From the NCBI GenBank assembly GCA_040954595.2, contig CM082590.2, forward strand, positions 4,650,001-4,714,000: a stretch of 64,000 nt of DNA. The letters run 5' to 3'. Under the pieces are notes generated by a model. That model had not been told where the DNA came from. It ran no database searches and worked only from the letters and a program-made list of their open reading frames with translations. The DNA is from Balanoglossus misakiensis. Lineage: Eukaryota > Animalia > Hemichordata. Of the stretch, positions 24,300-38,379 are shown one piece after another (the stretch's first letter is position 1; each line of letters starts with the position of its first letter). The position numbers and the translations under genes were made by a program.

Positions 24300-26693
24300 T
24301 GTCCTATACATATCAGGATTTTTATTTTGGTCCATTTTGAACTTTGTGATTGGCCGCAGGAAATTCTCCCAAAGTGAAATTAGTATTCAGTCATGGTTTG
24401 ACTAATTCAGTAACCTTTACAAAAAATGCCACGACATTGAATCGGGGGATTTGGAGTTCTTGCGCTCTGTGGAGGAAGAAATAAATCTGTATACATGTAA
24501 CAACAATGATCTAGAAGAGAACGATCAGCATACCAATGATGTGTGTAATGATCCAATAACAGAAACTGAAGTCTTGAATTGTCTGAGAAAGCTTAAAAAT
24601 GGGAAAGCACCAGGGCCTGATGGTCTGCCCAACGAATTTTATAGCTATGCAGCGGATGTAATTTTGCCACTATTAGTGCAAACATTCAATTTTATTTTTG
24701 AGTCTGGAAGATTTCCTCCTGAGTGGCCAGTTGCCATTGTCATTCCACTGTTCAAGAAAGGAGTCAAAAGTGATGTAAACAACTACATGAGTATTTCTTT
24801 GTTAAATGCGCTTGGAAAGGTCTTTACTACAATACTGAACGATCGCTTAACAAAATGGTCCGACAGTTCAAATATCCTCTCAGACTGCCAAGAAGGTTTT
24901 AGAAAAAATCACGGCACTACGGATAACATTTTTACCTTACACGCCATCATTCAGAAATATTTAAGCGTCCGTCGTGGAAAACTTTACTGTCTCTTCATTG
25001 ACTTTTCCAAGTCATTTGACAGGGTTAACCACTCCCTCCTGTTGTACAAACACATGTCGCTAGGCATCAAGGGAAAATGTTTCGCATTTTAAAATCCATG
25101 TATTCCAACATTAAGTCATGTGTCAGAGCGGGCAATGTCTCATCACACTATTTTGATTGTCCAGCTGGGGTCAGGCAGGGATGTATCCTAAGCCCTATAT
25201 TATTCAGTTTCTTTATAGAAGAACTTAATTCTATGTACATGTCAGCTGGTATTATGGGTGTTCAGCTTACCCAAGAATTGTATGACCTTTTCTGTTTATT
25301 ATACGCAGATGATGTTGTCATTTTTGCTGATTCTATTAGAAATTTGCAATGTTTGATTGATATTTTAGCCCTCTTTTGCACTAAATGGCGTATGCAGATC
25401 AATTTTGATAAAACAAAGGTAATGATATTTCGTAAAGGTGGCCATCGTTCGCGATGGGAGAAATGGCATTTTAATGGAACTGCGATTGAGATTGTTTCTT
25501 ATTATAAGTACCTTGGCCTTCTCCTTTCCTCACGAAATTCATGGTCCAAAGCAGTTTGCACCTTAGCCAACCAAGCAAACAAAGCCTTAACTTCACTCTC
25601 AGTCGGAAGGTGGAAACTTGGTCACTTTGATTGTAATGTTCATTTTAAACTGTTTGATGTGCTTATTCTGCCAATCCTTTGTTATGGTTCAGAAGTCTGG
25701 GGCCATCAATATTTTGATGCTATAGAGAAAATTCAAAGGAATTGGTGCAGAAGAATATTGGGTTTACCTAAGAATGCCACAAATGAAGCTGTACTCGGAG
25801 AATGTGGGCGCTTCCCTATTTATTATTACACCCTGAAACGTTGTATCTGTTTTTGGTTAAAGCTGTTAGAAATGCCCAATGACAGAATTCCGAAACAAGC
25901 TTATATTATGTTATGTAATTTGGATAGTATAGGCAGACGTACTTGGGCGTCATCTATAAAGGATATTCTATTCTCATTTGGGCTGGGTTTTGCATGGGTT
26001 GCTCAGGAAGTGGGCAACAAGCAATTATTTCTTTCGACATTTCAACTATAAGAGTGCAGGATATTTTTAGACAACAATGGAGAGAAAACATGGCATTGAA
26101 ACCAAAACTTCGCACTTACATTCAATTCAAGAGTATTTTAGAACCTGAAAAATATCTTTCCATCCAGTGTCACCACAATGTTATCCAAATGTATTCACGT
26201 TTTCGGTGTTCCTCACTTCCTCTCGCTATAGAGGAAGGCAGAAGACACCACATCGACCCAGCAGACAGACATTGTAAATTTTGTAACACCAAAGCAGTTG
26301 AAGATGAGTACCACTTTCTAGTAATTTGTCCACTGTATAACAATCTCAGAGTACGATACTTACCAACTGATCTGTTTTTAGAGCCAAACTTTTATAAGTT
26401 TACCAGTGTAATGAACACAAATGATTCAGACACCATACTCAGACTTTGTAACTTTGTTCATAGAGCAGTCAAGCTCAGAGAAAGAGCCGATGCAAATGTA
26501 TAACATTTTCACTACTGATTTTTAATTGTCTCCCACTGTAACTTTCTTCCGTTTTCATTATCCACGTGATGTTTGTAATCTTTTTGTTTTGTTTTTGTTT
26601 TGTTTTGACGAAGTAATGGAAATACTGAATGTAACCCCCCTTTGCACATGGGCCGGAGGCCTTGAAACGCAAATAAAGCATTATTATTATTAT
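24300..26693 (+). mobile_element. 5'-truncated, frameshifted non-LTR retrotransposon (RTEX-like) with reverse transcriptase
   Basis: KAPGPDG, FIDFSKSFDRV, GVRQGCILSP, LLYADD and YKYLG RT motifs over three overlapping ORFs (24451-25092, 25077-26051, 25943-26503); C-terminal CKFC...EDEYHFLVIC finger; AATAAA then (ATT)n tail at ~26672-26693. Clade assignment is tentative. Confidence 0.93.
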
Positions 26694-26696
26694 CTA

Positions 26697-28410
26697 TACT
26701 GTTCACTTAATATGGTGCAGCATTTTAATACTGCAGATTAGTTCAAAGTTTTCATATCAAGCTACAGTACCTGAAACAAAAAATTGTAATCACTTACACC
26801 CCCACCCCCCATCATTATCAATTAGAAAACCATGGTTTCACACAGGTTGTTTGTTTACAATTGTGAAACACTGTTCACTTAATATGGTGCAGCATTTTAA
26901 TACTGCAGATTAGTTCAAAGTTTTCATATCAAGCTACAGTACCTGAAACAAAAAATTGTAATCACTTACACCCCCCACCCCCCATCATTATCAATTAGAA
27001 AACCATGGTTTCACACAGGTTGTTTGTTTACAATTGTGAAACACTGTTCACTTAATATGGTGCAGCATTTTAATACTGCAGATTAGTTCAAAGTTTTCAT
27101 ATCAAGGTACAGTACCTGAAACAAAAATGTTGTAATCGCTGACACTCCCCACCCCTGACACCCCCCCCCACCCCCGATCATGATGAACACCTTGGTTCAC
27201 ACAGGTTGTTTGTTTACGATTGTGAAACACTGTTCACTTAAGAACACAAGCATAGTCAAATTATTAATGATAAAACACATTATGGTGCAGCATTTTAATA
27301 CTGCAGATTAGTTCAAGGTTTTCATATCAAGCTACAGTACCTGAAAAAAAAATTTGTAATCGCTGACACCCCCCACCCCCAATCATTATCAATTAGAACA
27401 CTTGGCTTCACACAGGTTGTTTGTTTACGATTGTGAAACACTGTTCACTAAATATGGTGCAGCATTTAATACTGCAAGTTAGTTCAAAGTTTTCATATCA
27501 AGCTACAGTACCTGAAAAAAAAATTTGTAATCGCTGACACCCCCCACCCCCAATCATTATCAATTAGAACACTTGGCTTCACACAGGTTGTTTGTTTACG
27601 ATTGTGAAACACTGTTCACTAAATATGGTGCAGCATTTAATACTGCAAGTTAGTTCAAAGTTTTCATATCAAGCTACAGTACCTGAAACAAAAATGTGTA
27701 ATCACTGACACCCCCCTCCCCTGACACCCCCCACCCCCGATCATTACCAATTATAACACACCATGCAGCGAACCCTCGATCGTGATTCGTCAATACGACG
27801 TCACGTGACCTTAGTCATTTCGAACTGTTGCCTCGGGCATCAGTTCGATCGGTTTGGTGTGTTATAAATCACATGATGACTGACATATTCGGGCAACAGT
27901 GTATTTTTAATGACCTCGGGACTGCCAGTCACACCAAAACAGTCTGTTTTCCCTCGGGCTATGCCCTCGGGAAAACAAGACTGTTTTAGTTGTGACAAGC
28001 AGCACCCTCGGTCATCAAAATACACTGTTGCCCTCATTGTCAGTCATCATGTGTATACTGCAGATTAGTACAAAGTTTTCATATCAAGCTACAGTACCTG
28101 AAACAAAAATTTGTAATCACTGACACCCCCTACCCCATCATTATGAACACTTTGGTTCACGCAGGTTGTTTGTTTACGATTTTGAAACACTGTTCACTTA
28201 AGAACACATGCTTGGTAAAATTATTAATGAAATTAATCACATCATGGTGCAGCATTTTAATACTGCAGGTTAGTTTAAAGTTCTCATATCAAGCTACAGT
28301 ACCTGACACAAAAATTTGTAATCACTGACAACCCCCTTCCCCCATCATTATCAATTAGAACACTTGGTTTCACACAGGTTGTTTGTTTACAATTGTGAAA
28401 CACTGTTCAT
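26697..28410. repeat. Satellite, ~170-230-bp variable monomer, ~8 copies
   Basis: Recurrent core TTTTCATATCAAGCTACAGTACCTGAAACAAAAA with C-rich tracts; same family as 54925-60030. Confidence 0.95.
27751..28057. mobile_element. ~300-bp element with A...A'B'...B layout inserted in the satellite
   Basis: TTATAACACACCA (27751-27763) complementary to 27855-27867; CACATGATGACTGACA (27870-27885) complementary to 28038-28053; right half is palindromic. Confidence 0.75.
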
Positions 28411-28682
28411 GTTATAACACCACCAATTCCATAGTGTACAATTATTAACTAGTTTGATAAATCAGAAACTTCTGAGTGGGTGGTTACTTATACGGTATTT
28501 CATGTTTGAGAGTGCAAGGTTATGACATCCCCAAATCTGACTGGCCAGGTCAGAATGGGAACACCCACATGTGTGCAAGTTTTAATAAAATACACCTGAG
28601 AGCATGACTGCACCCAGCAGATCACCCATTTACAAAGCTTTGTGTCATTACATGTGAGTATGATATTTTTATTTCTATAAGT

Positions 28683-28687
28683 ATCAC

Positions 28688-28719
<32 letters not shown>

Positions 28720-29185
28720 CCACCATCATCATCATCATCAGTATCACCATCTAAACCATCATTATCACCATCTAAACCATTATCACCACCATCACCATCA
28801 GTATCACCATCATCACCATCAGTATCACCATCATCACCATTATTATCACCATCATCACCATCATTATAATCACTATTATCACCATCATTATTATCACTAT
28901 TATCACCATCAGCATCACCATCACCACCATTATTATCACCATCATCACCATCATTATTATCACTATTATCACCATCAGTATCACCATCACCACCATTATT
29001 ATTATCACTATTATCACCATCAGTATCACCATCACCACCATTATTATCTTAATCAGTATCACCATCACCACCATTATTATCACCATCATCACCATCACCA
29101 CCATTATTATCTTAATCAGTATCACCAGTACCACCAGATTCACCATCATTGTCATCACTATTATCACCACCAGTATTATCATATT
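28683..29185. repeat. Degenerate (CAT/CAC/TAT)n trinucleotide tract
   Basis: Seen directly; produces a spurious Met/Val/Ile ORF. Confidence 0.95.
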
Positions 29186-30768
29186 CAACACCGCTATGTT
29201 ACGGTTAAAACTGCTGTACCAGTTAGTACAGATCTCCATTTACCATGGTAACTGTATTTAAATTTGCATGCATGCATGCATTTTGTCTGAAACACAGACG
29301 AACCCGTTACATGATATATTTTACATGTCAAGCAAAATGGCTGCTACATTTGTACATTAAAATGATACGAGGCAACAGGGATTCATATGAAGTGCATTCC
29401 TAGAAAAAAAGAAAACTTGATTTAATTCATTTAATAACAGGTATATCAATGATATTTATCTATACCAGTCATAAATTTTCACCAACAGCTCTATGTACTA
29501 GGATCATTTTACCCTGGTTTGTACAAACACATTTGCTTTGCAAAACTCTGTACACAGAATCACAAAGTATGTAGTGCCAACTATGCATAAACATTAGGCT
29601 ACCAATTCTGACGAATATTTAAGATGAATGTGACTGATTGTCTGGATGAAAATACATCTCTGTGTAACGTATATTTATGGTTAAATTAAACCTTTACTAA
29701 CATTATTATTTCTGTTATTTTATACCACTACAACCACAATGCCAAAGCTAATGCTAGAAACAGATACAACATTACACCCATTATTCTGGAGTAAATTAAG
29801 ACCACTAAGAAACAAATATTAACCACCTATACCACTCAAGACATATTCATTCTCCAACCTATTGCGTCTCAAAGTATCCTGAAGATTCACCAAAACCAAA
29901 CAATACCACATTGACATATGCTCTGCAGAAACTACTATTATTGGTGTCTTTCTTACACAGATATAAAGAACTAATCATCATCATCATTGTTACTGTTTTT
30001 GTAACATCTTCATCATCCTCATTATAATCATCATCATCATCATTATCATCATCATCACAATCATCATTATCATCATCATCATTGTAGTCATTATTTTTAG
30101 TTATTTTATTATCATCCTCCTATTATTCATCCTATTATTCCTAATCATTTTTTTTCTCATATTACATTTGTCTTTCAATTGTCATTGATTTTAAGAATAT
30201 TACTGCTCCAATTTCAATGTGACTGGTGTGATCATCCTCTTTGCCGTAATTTGCATTTGAACATCATGAAGTTAATCCAAACTGAATAGCAGATGCCTAC
30301 CATGTCGTTTTTAATCCTCCCTACCTTAAATAGGTTTTAAGCTACCTAAGTGAGTGATGAAAATCTCATAATATGGTCGACACAATTTCAAGATGGCCGA
30401 TTTTTGCCATGTTTAAGAAATGGGAGTTCATGAGCTAAAGTGATATTGAGTCTTTCTGAATCTTTGTAACAGAAAAAATAACAAAATGTGAAAAAAGTTT
30501 AATGAGTTTGATATGTTAAGTACAAAGACAGACATGTTTGACCAAAGGAAGTCATAACATACAGTAAACATATCATTTATTCTATCTCTTACTACAGTGA
30601 GTTGTCGACTTTTTACCCAGAATGCAATTATTATTATGTGATTTGACCCCCTAGCACAAAGTGAACACCTATTAAAGGCAGCCAGAATTCTGCACCATCT
30701 GCCAATTATGCAATATTTAAGCTGTCAAGTAAAACAATAAAGTACATCGTATAAATTTTTTTACTTCC

Positions 30769-30864
30769 CTGCTCAAAGATCGGCTGCAATAATGTACATC
30801 CATTTCTGTAATCTTCAACTTTTTCCCACAAGTCCTGTCGGCTAGATCACATGGAAAGTTCCTC
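30769..30864 (-). pseudogene. Possible 96-bp pseudo-exon (EELSM*SSRQDLWEKVEDYRNGCTLLQPIFEQ), duplicated at 62221-62316
   Basis: TTGCAG acceptor, donor-like CAG|GGAAGT (GT replaced by GG), internal TGA; protein family not recognised. Confidence 0.35.
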
Positions 30865-33242
30865 CTGCAATTTAAGAAAGTTGAAAACAATTTTGGTAAA
30901 AACACAAGAATGCAAATATCACCAGAATTGTACAATGTCTTACTTAAATCACCATAAGGAATATGCCTACAAAAATTCAAAGCAATCTGACAAACGGTTT
31001 CATAGAAAACATTTTTTTGCGCAAAATCCCCCAAAATTGCCCCAAGAACACAAATATGGAAATTTCACCAACAAGGTATGTACGACAGCTTACTTTGGTT
31101 ATCCCTAAAAACATGCCTACCAAAATCTTAATGATTCTGGACAAGAGGTTTCAGAGAAATGATTTTTTACCAAAAATCATAAAAATTACCCAAAAATTAC
31201 AAATATGCAAATTATGCAACAAACTGGGAAAAATGACTTAGATTACCTATTGGAAGCTTCATAATAAATTTTAAAGCAATCAACTCATGATTGTTTACAG
31301 TCTATAATATAAAAAAGACTAAAATCTTCATAAAAAATAGAAAATTCATGATATTAACTAAAAACTTTGAGGACTGTGTGAGGTTCAGTGGTTGACATAA
31401 GGTACATGCATACCAATTTTCAAAGCAATTTGCCCAATAGTTGTTGAGTTTCAGAGTTTTGACCAATTTCACATTTTCAAGCTAATTTGCATATTTTTGA
31501 GAATGACAACTTCGTTTATATCCACCAAATATCTAAGTGATATGCCAAGTGGTTTCCAAGTTTTTTATTTGGAATGACATACATACCATGGGACCTAAAC
31601 ACAACCTTTTAGTCAACTTTATGAGCGTTGCTACTCTAGTGAAAGTCAAGTTGTAATTGCTGGGATAGAAATTTGTCTAGTCATGCTTTATATGGATAGT
31701 TTTGGTTTGCTATGGAACTACTGACTATTTGGCTTGTTGTATGAATACGACTATGAGTAAACATTCATACAAACTCGTTATTATGATATAAAAAGCCTAA
31801 AAATGCATCTGAAACCAAATTGTTCGCTTACTATGAATACGTGTAATAAAATTGAATCCTTCGTCAATGCTGGCCGGGGTCACAAATTATGTCACGGCAT
31901 GTTTTTTTCGTAAACACGATATTAAATTTAATTAAATAGGACCTAATGTACTCACTGAAACGTTCAAGTCGACCAACGATATTCCATGCACACTGTGTAA
32001 CATCTTCAGAGGGACTCCAGCATAAAATTTGGATTCAAACGCGCACACAAATCATAATATTCTCGTCAGAGAGATAAAGTCCGCCATGACACCTTGTGAC
32101 GCAATCGTGTAAAATTCCATTACGTTGGACAACTTCCACTGCCTGCGCTCGAAATACACAAGAAACTTGAACTGTTCATGATAAAACTTGCATCTGGACC
32201 TCTGGCGAATACTTGGAACCAGTATTTCAGGAATAATATTCCATTTTGAGGGCTTCGCGCTCCATTCAATCCGAGCGATGGAAGACAGAAGTTCAAATCG
32301 CTCCGCCATGACACCACGACTATACAGCGCCGCCAACGCCACCTTTTGTTTTTGTCTCTTCACAGCTCCGAGTCAGCTGGCTCCAAGTACGAGTGTTCAT
32401 TGCAAGCCGTGTAATATATAAGGCCAGATAGCCCAGACTGCTATGAAAGTTTCCCCGGGCAGTGTATCTAATACAGCGGATGTTATATAGCGATTCCCTT
32501 TCGCTACAGTCACGGTGACGAGCAAAGCCATCCTTTCCTTTTAACGTATAGCGCAGTCAGCGTGGGAATGGGCGGGGGAACAGACCAGTACTGGAAAGTG
32601 AAACTGTAAAAGTAAAACGTCTTTTCATATTTTAATAGACAAACTCTGCAAAAGTTTTATTCCCAAACATGAATTTTGAGATATTTAAAACTTGTATTTG
32701 ATAGCAATTTAGGCCTACACTGGCCTACTGAATCAACATTTTTTCACATCGAGTAGGCTCGGATGCGTAACATTATGTACCGATCATGCCGATTTTGGAG
32801 AGAAAATTGTCCCCAAATGGCAAATATTTCCCTCAGCCCATAATTGGTGGGATAAATTCGTAGAGTCTTGTCGGAATGTCGGTTGATGAAGAGACGGGAA
32901 CACGAGTAGAGTAGATTTAAACGCCAATGATAGGCCTATGACTTTATTTCAAAAAGGATCAACCGTGGATATACTGGACAAGGCCTGTAGTCCAGGCTGG
33001 ACCCCACTCTGGAACGAACTCCTTTAGTGTAGAACAGGGTTTGGAATGAACTGGAATGTGTTGGAACCCCCTGACTTTAGAAGCTGAAATCCACTCCTTT
33101 GTATATGCTGTAAAAGACAATAAATTTTCGCGAAATACACTAGAGCCAAAATAGCGTGAAAATAAAAAGTCGCGTAAATTTTTTTTGAAGATGTTGATGC
33201 AGTGAATGAAATAAGAGAACGCGAATATTAAAACTCGGGAAT

Positions 33243-34270
33243 TAGTGCGGCAGTTAACCAAAAAATCGTACACTTTGGGTTAAAAGCATGAAACTTGGTA
33301 CACTTATGCATTGACCCATGGCGGCCATTTTATGATATGGATCCACAATCAGCGCCCTCTTGTGGCCAGAAACTGACATTCACACTTTTCCCCCATTAAT
33401 GTCAATTGTAACACTCAGAAACAGGAATATGGGTTGTAAAACATGCTTGCTACCATACATTCATGTGTATATTATCCTAATCCTGATATTATTAAAGTGT
33501 AAACATCTTCTGTATCTAAACGACCCGTTTTCAGAAATTCGAGTATGATACGATTATAACCAAATTTCTTCCAGGAATTCTGAGTTTAAATTCCAACACA
33601 CTGTTTAGTAACATCCCATGGGAAATGAATCAGCATTTAGGATAAACTATTTGCAAGCCACTGAAAAGACTGGAAAGACAGATGCGCCCTCATAGTTGTA
33701 TTGAATGATTGATTTTCCTTTATCTAGTTTCCTTTTGTGTAAATTTTTTCGAGTGTTCGTAATTTTCTGTTTGATGTTTATTTTTCCCTTTGGTGTTTTG
33801 TTTTTAACCGTCACAGAGGTTATTAATAAAACGTCACAGATGTTTCCTTATTGGCCTCGCTTTGAGTTTCAATTCATAATGGATGTGTGAGGGCGCTAGA
33901 CATACGAAAAGGGTGTACACTGTGCACCACTTTGCAGGTCCTATTATTAAAGTTGGACTTGTCTGGTGGCCTGCCCCATTTCTGTAGCATGGCTGCATTG
34001 TGTTACATGAAACAGGTTAAGTAAGGGAAAAACCATTCGATTTCAGGGGGGTTAAGGATGTGGGTATGTGACCCAGTTATTTTCACCAACTGTATATATA
34101 TATGTCTACATAATTTTTTTCTATTGCCAGACATACTTTTTTTTCTCAATGCATTGCAGAAAGTATACTCATCCCAGAAATCAAATGGCCGCCATGGGTC
34201 AATGCATACGTCTACCAAGTTTCATGCCTTTAACCCAAAGTGCACGATTTTTTGGTTAACTGCCCCACTA
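33243..34270. mobile_element. ~1-kb non-autonomous DNA transposon with ~88-bp TIRs and TAG termini (Academ-like)
   Basis: TAGTGCGGCAGTTAACCAAAAAATCG...CATGGCGGCCATTT at 33243-33330 and inverted at 34183-34270; TSD not evident, so superfamily is tentative. Confidence 0.82.
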
Positions 34271-34287
34271 CTAGCGTAACCGCTTAA

Positions 34288-34594
34288 AGCCCCTAGAGCT
34301 GCCAAATTTCACGGATTTTCTTCCACAGTAAAACACTTCAAATATATTCCCTATTCTCTAAAATCCTCACCATTAAGCCATATTACTTGCATTTGCATCA
34401 GTTTGTCATCTCTTGGTGATGCATACCACGATAGCTGCGTACTGTTTGTATGGAGGCTGATTAAACCGTTTTAATACATAGCATTTTCAAATCGCTACAT
34501 ACAGCCATAATCGGGCATCGGTAAAGTGTTCACATATACCTATCAGTAAAATAAAATTGTGAAAATAATGCAAAAAGTGGCAGCTATAGAGGCT
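34288..34594. mobile_element. TTAA-target MITE (Kolobok-like)
   Basis: TTAA on both sides; TIRs AGCCCCTAGAGCTGCCA / TGGCAGCTATAGAGGCT. Confidence 0.82.
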
Positions 34595-36037
34595 TTAATG
34601 TATTTCCCCATGTTTTAGGTCTCCATGTTGATTCACAATTTCATGTCAACAAGTTCACATTCTACCACCACATCACATCTACACATCAACTATCACTGTG
34701 ATAGAAGCTACCATTTTCAAGTTAAATATATACAGTCACCGCCAATTTACATACACCCATATATGGCTGAAATAGAGTATTTGCGGGTTCTAAATAACAT
34801 ATGGCGGCGCTCTTTTTTTCGCATGTGCCACCCACTGAAAATCCGTGATTGGCTAGATCTCAAGTTAACGTGGTAACTGTAGCTAAATTTCCATAGGTGA
34901 CCGTATACCTTCTCTACACGTACTGTTGACTGACACACACAATCCCCTAACTCTCAACACATACATACAAAGACCCAACCCACTCCACGTGTAGTCTCCA
35001 TGGCCATGCCACCTGGCCTGCAGGCGACCACATCCAAAAGCATACACACACACAATACATGTCAATTTTACATGAGGAGCGGCTCATGTACTTTATTCTA
35101 AACTTGAATGATATATAAACTGAAAATTTACCCCGCACCAAAACCCAGAGATAAAACCCTTTTTTCAGGATAAGGGGAAAAAACTCTGGGAAAGCGTAGG
35201 TAATTCACCAACTTTACAAAAAAATCTATCTCTAAATTCATGCCTCTTTGAAAACCCTACTTTCAAGTGAAGATGCTAATCTGTTACACAAAATAGCAGG
35301 TTCACAGAAAGAAAATGTTGGAAGTATTACAATACCAAGCAAAATTTGGTATTGTAGCTCTAAACTAAAACTGACAAAAATTAATATTTCATATCTGAAT
35401 GAATAAAGTGTTCTCAATAAATCATAATAGGTTTGGTGTTACACTGTTCTAAATGTAGAATTTACAATTAAAGGGCAACTACCTGTAATTTTTGGTACAG
35501 AATTGTTAATATTGACAAATGCATTCAATTGACTTGAATACAATTGTTAACAATAACAATGCTGATTATGCATACCAGAAATCGTGGTGCATACATAGAC
35601 CAAAATTACGTACTGAAAAATTTGTCAAATGTAACACATAGTGGACCTTAATGTCTATAAGAATAAATCTCAAACAATGTCAAGTGAACGTAAAATCTTA
35701 AATTTCATATTAAAATACAAAAAGAATAAAGTTATACTATTGAACACTGCACACAGCAGTTGAGTCTAAAGTGACTAATGTACTGGGGGCAATCCCAAAC
35801 AGAAAGGGTCATATAGTCATAAATATCCCCCCACCCTTATAAAGACCCCTTTCTCCTTGGGATGGCTCCTGTGATAAAATGAAACTGTGCTGGACTTGAA
35901 GAGATATACGCAGGAATCCTCATCAGTTACAGCCACTGCGAAGACTTCATTGATGATCCCCAAAAATTGGGGGGAAAATGTAGATGAATGTTGAAATCTT
36001 CACAAGCAAATTGAAAGTATTTTACTGTCAAAAAAGT

Positions 36038-37610
36038 GTAAATAATGTGTTGCCTGTAAGCCATGATGCATGATCTCCATGCCATTCAATTTATGAGCGA
36101 ATTTACTGATTTACTACCCTCCCCCCGAAATACAAACAAAACAATTATGAATATATGGCTTCTGCATACACATTATTTAGCAAATTAAAATCTTATCTGA
36201 TAAAGTCACTTGAAAATGTGAAAGACCCTCTTAAATTACGGAAAAAGAGGAATGTTCAAATGTAAAATAACTGAAAACTAAATGTGTATAAAATAGAGAA
36301 AACTTCTTGAAAAGAAGTATATCATTGTAAATAATGTGTTGCCTGTAAGCCATGATGCATGATCTCCATGCCATTCAATTAATGAGCGAATTTACTGATT
36401 TACTACCCTCCCCCCGAAATACAAACAAAACAATTATGAATTTATGGCTTCTGCAAACACATTATTTAGCAAATTAAAATCTTATCTGATAAAGTCACTT
36501 GAAAATGTGAAAGACCCTCTTAAATTAAGGAAAAAGAGGAATGTTCAAATGTAAAATAACTGAAAACTAAATGTGTATAAAATAGAGAAAACTTCTTAAA
36601 AAGAAGTATATCATTGTAAATAATGTGTTGCCTGTAAGCCATGATGCATGATCTCCATGCCATTCAATTTATGAGCAAATTTACTGATTTACTACCCTCC
36701 CCCCGAAATACAAACAAAACAATTATGAATTTATGGCTTCTGCAAACACATTATTTAGCAAATTAAAATCTTATCTGATAAAGTCACTTGAAAATGTGAA
36801 AGACCCTCTTAAATTAAGGGAAAAGAGGAATGTTCAAATGTAAAATAACTGAAAACTAAATGTGTATAAAATATAGAAAACTTCTTGAAAAGAAGTATAT
36901 CATTGTAAATAATGTGTTGCCTGTAAGCCATGATGCATGATCTCCATGCCATTCAATTTATGAGCAAATTTACTGATTTACTACCCTCCCCCCGAAATAC
37001 AAACAAAACAATTATGAATATATGGCTTCTGCAAACACATTATTTAGCAAATTAAAATCTTATCTGATAAAGTCACTTGAAAATGTGAAAGACCCTCTTA
37101 AATTGAGGAAAAAGAGGAATGTCAAAATGTAAAATAACTGAAAACTGAATGTGTATAAAACTTCTTAAACAGAAGTATATCATTGTAAATAATGTGTTGA
37201 CTGTAAGCCATGATGCATGATCTCCATGCCATTCAATTTATGAGCAAATTTACTGATTTACTACCCTCCCCCCGAAATACAAACAAAACAATTATGAATA
37301 TATGGCTTCTGCAAACACATTATTTAGCAAATTAAAATCTTATCTGATAAAGTCACTTGAAAATGTGAAAGACCCTCTTAAACTGAGGAAAAAGAGGAAT
37401 GTCAAAATGTAAAATAACTGAAAACTGAATGTGTATAAAACTTCTTAAACAGAAGTATATCATTGTAAATAATGTGTTGCCTGTAAGCCATGATGCATAA
37501 TCTCCATGCCATTCAATTTTTTAGCGAATTTACTGCCCCCCCCCCCAAAAAAAATACAATTAAAACGAAACAATTATGAATACATGGCTTCTGCAAACAC
37601 ATTATTTATG
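36038..37610. repeat. Tandem repeat, 289/280-bp unit, ~5.5 copies
   Basis: GTAAATAATGTGTTG recurs at 36038, 36327, 36616, 36905, 37185 and 37465. Confidence 0.97.
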
Positions 37611-38379
37611 TATTTAAAAAGAAAAAAAAATCATCAAAAATCAAAGCACTATAAACCTAGTAATCACACAATGCATATACATGCAACGATGCAAATGCAT
37701 TAAAAGTGTGATATAAAAATACTTAATTATGTCAAGTAAAGGCAAAATCATTAAGGTAATATTAAAGAACCTACTTGTTCACTGAGTCTGTTGATTGGGG
37801 CCATCGTTGTGTGGGACTCGCTAGCAATGTGGGGAAAATCTATTGATTATCGACAGACTCAGTGGGCAAGACGTGACCATAAAATAGATATACCAACATA
37901 TCGAACTGTTGAATACTACGCAAACAAACAAAAAACCCAACTAATGAACTGATCCCAGGAAACTACACTTGACTTGAAGGATCTATTGCAAGTTTTAGTG
38001 GACTTGAAGAATATATTGAAATATTTTTCTCATCATGAAATTAAGTTAGTCATGCTAAACTATGGTATTATAAAAACATATTGCAATTGAAACCTTCTCA
38101 TCTGTTATAGCCATTGGAAAAATTCATTAAAGACATACCCTAAAAAAATAGGAAAAAGAACACAGACAGATAATAAAATCCTAAAAATTTTAAAATGCAC
38201 ACACACATACATACCGTATTCTTTATTTATAATATGGGAAAGTACAACGGAGCAAGCGACAGACGCGCGAGCGCAAAAACATAAATTGCATGAAGACGGA
38301 CTGCAATCTTGGGATTCTTGGGATCTTGTAGAGAACCAGCTTCATCAGATGACCAAAAACATCCTAGGCGCGGAAAGAA

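Larger units (their letters stand above)
28060..31600 (+). repeat. Segmental duplication copy 1 (paralog at ~59690-64000)
   Basis: 28410-30896 aligns with 60030-62347 and 30990-31600 with 63402-64000, differing by scattered SNPs and microsatellite length. Confidence 0.95.

Noticed and set aside
28772-29239. Met/Val/Ile-rich ORFs (also 54131-54443 and 60401-60643) and His-rich plus-strand frames
   Set aside because: Translations of (CAT)n-type microsatellites with no supporting splice or start context.
30963-31241. Similar ORFs at 30963 and 63372
   Set aside because: Fall within an AT-rich interspersed repeat copied by the segmental duplication; no domain recognised.
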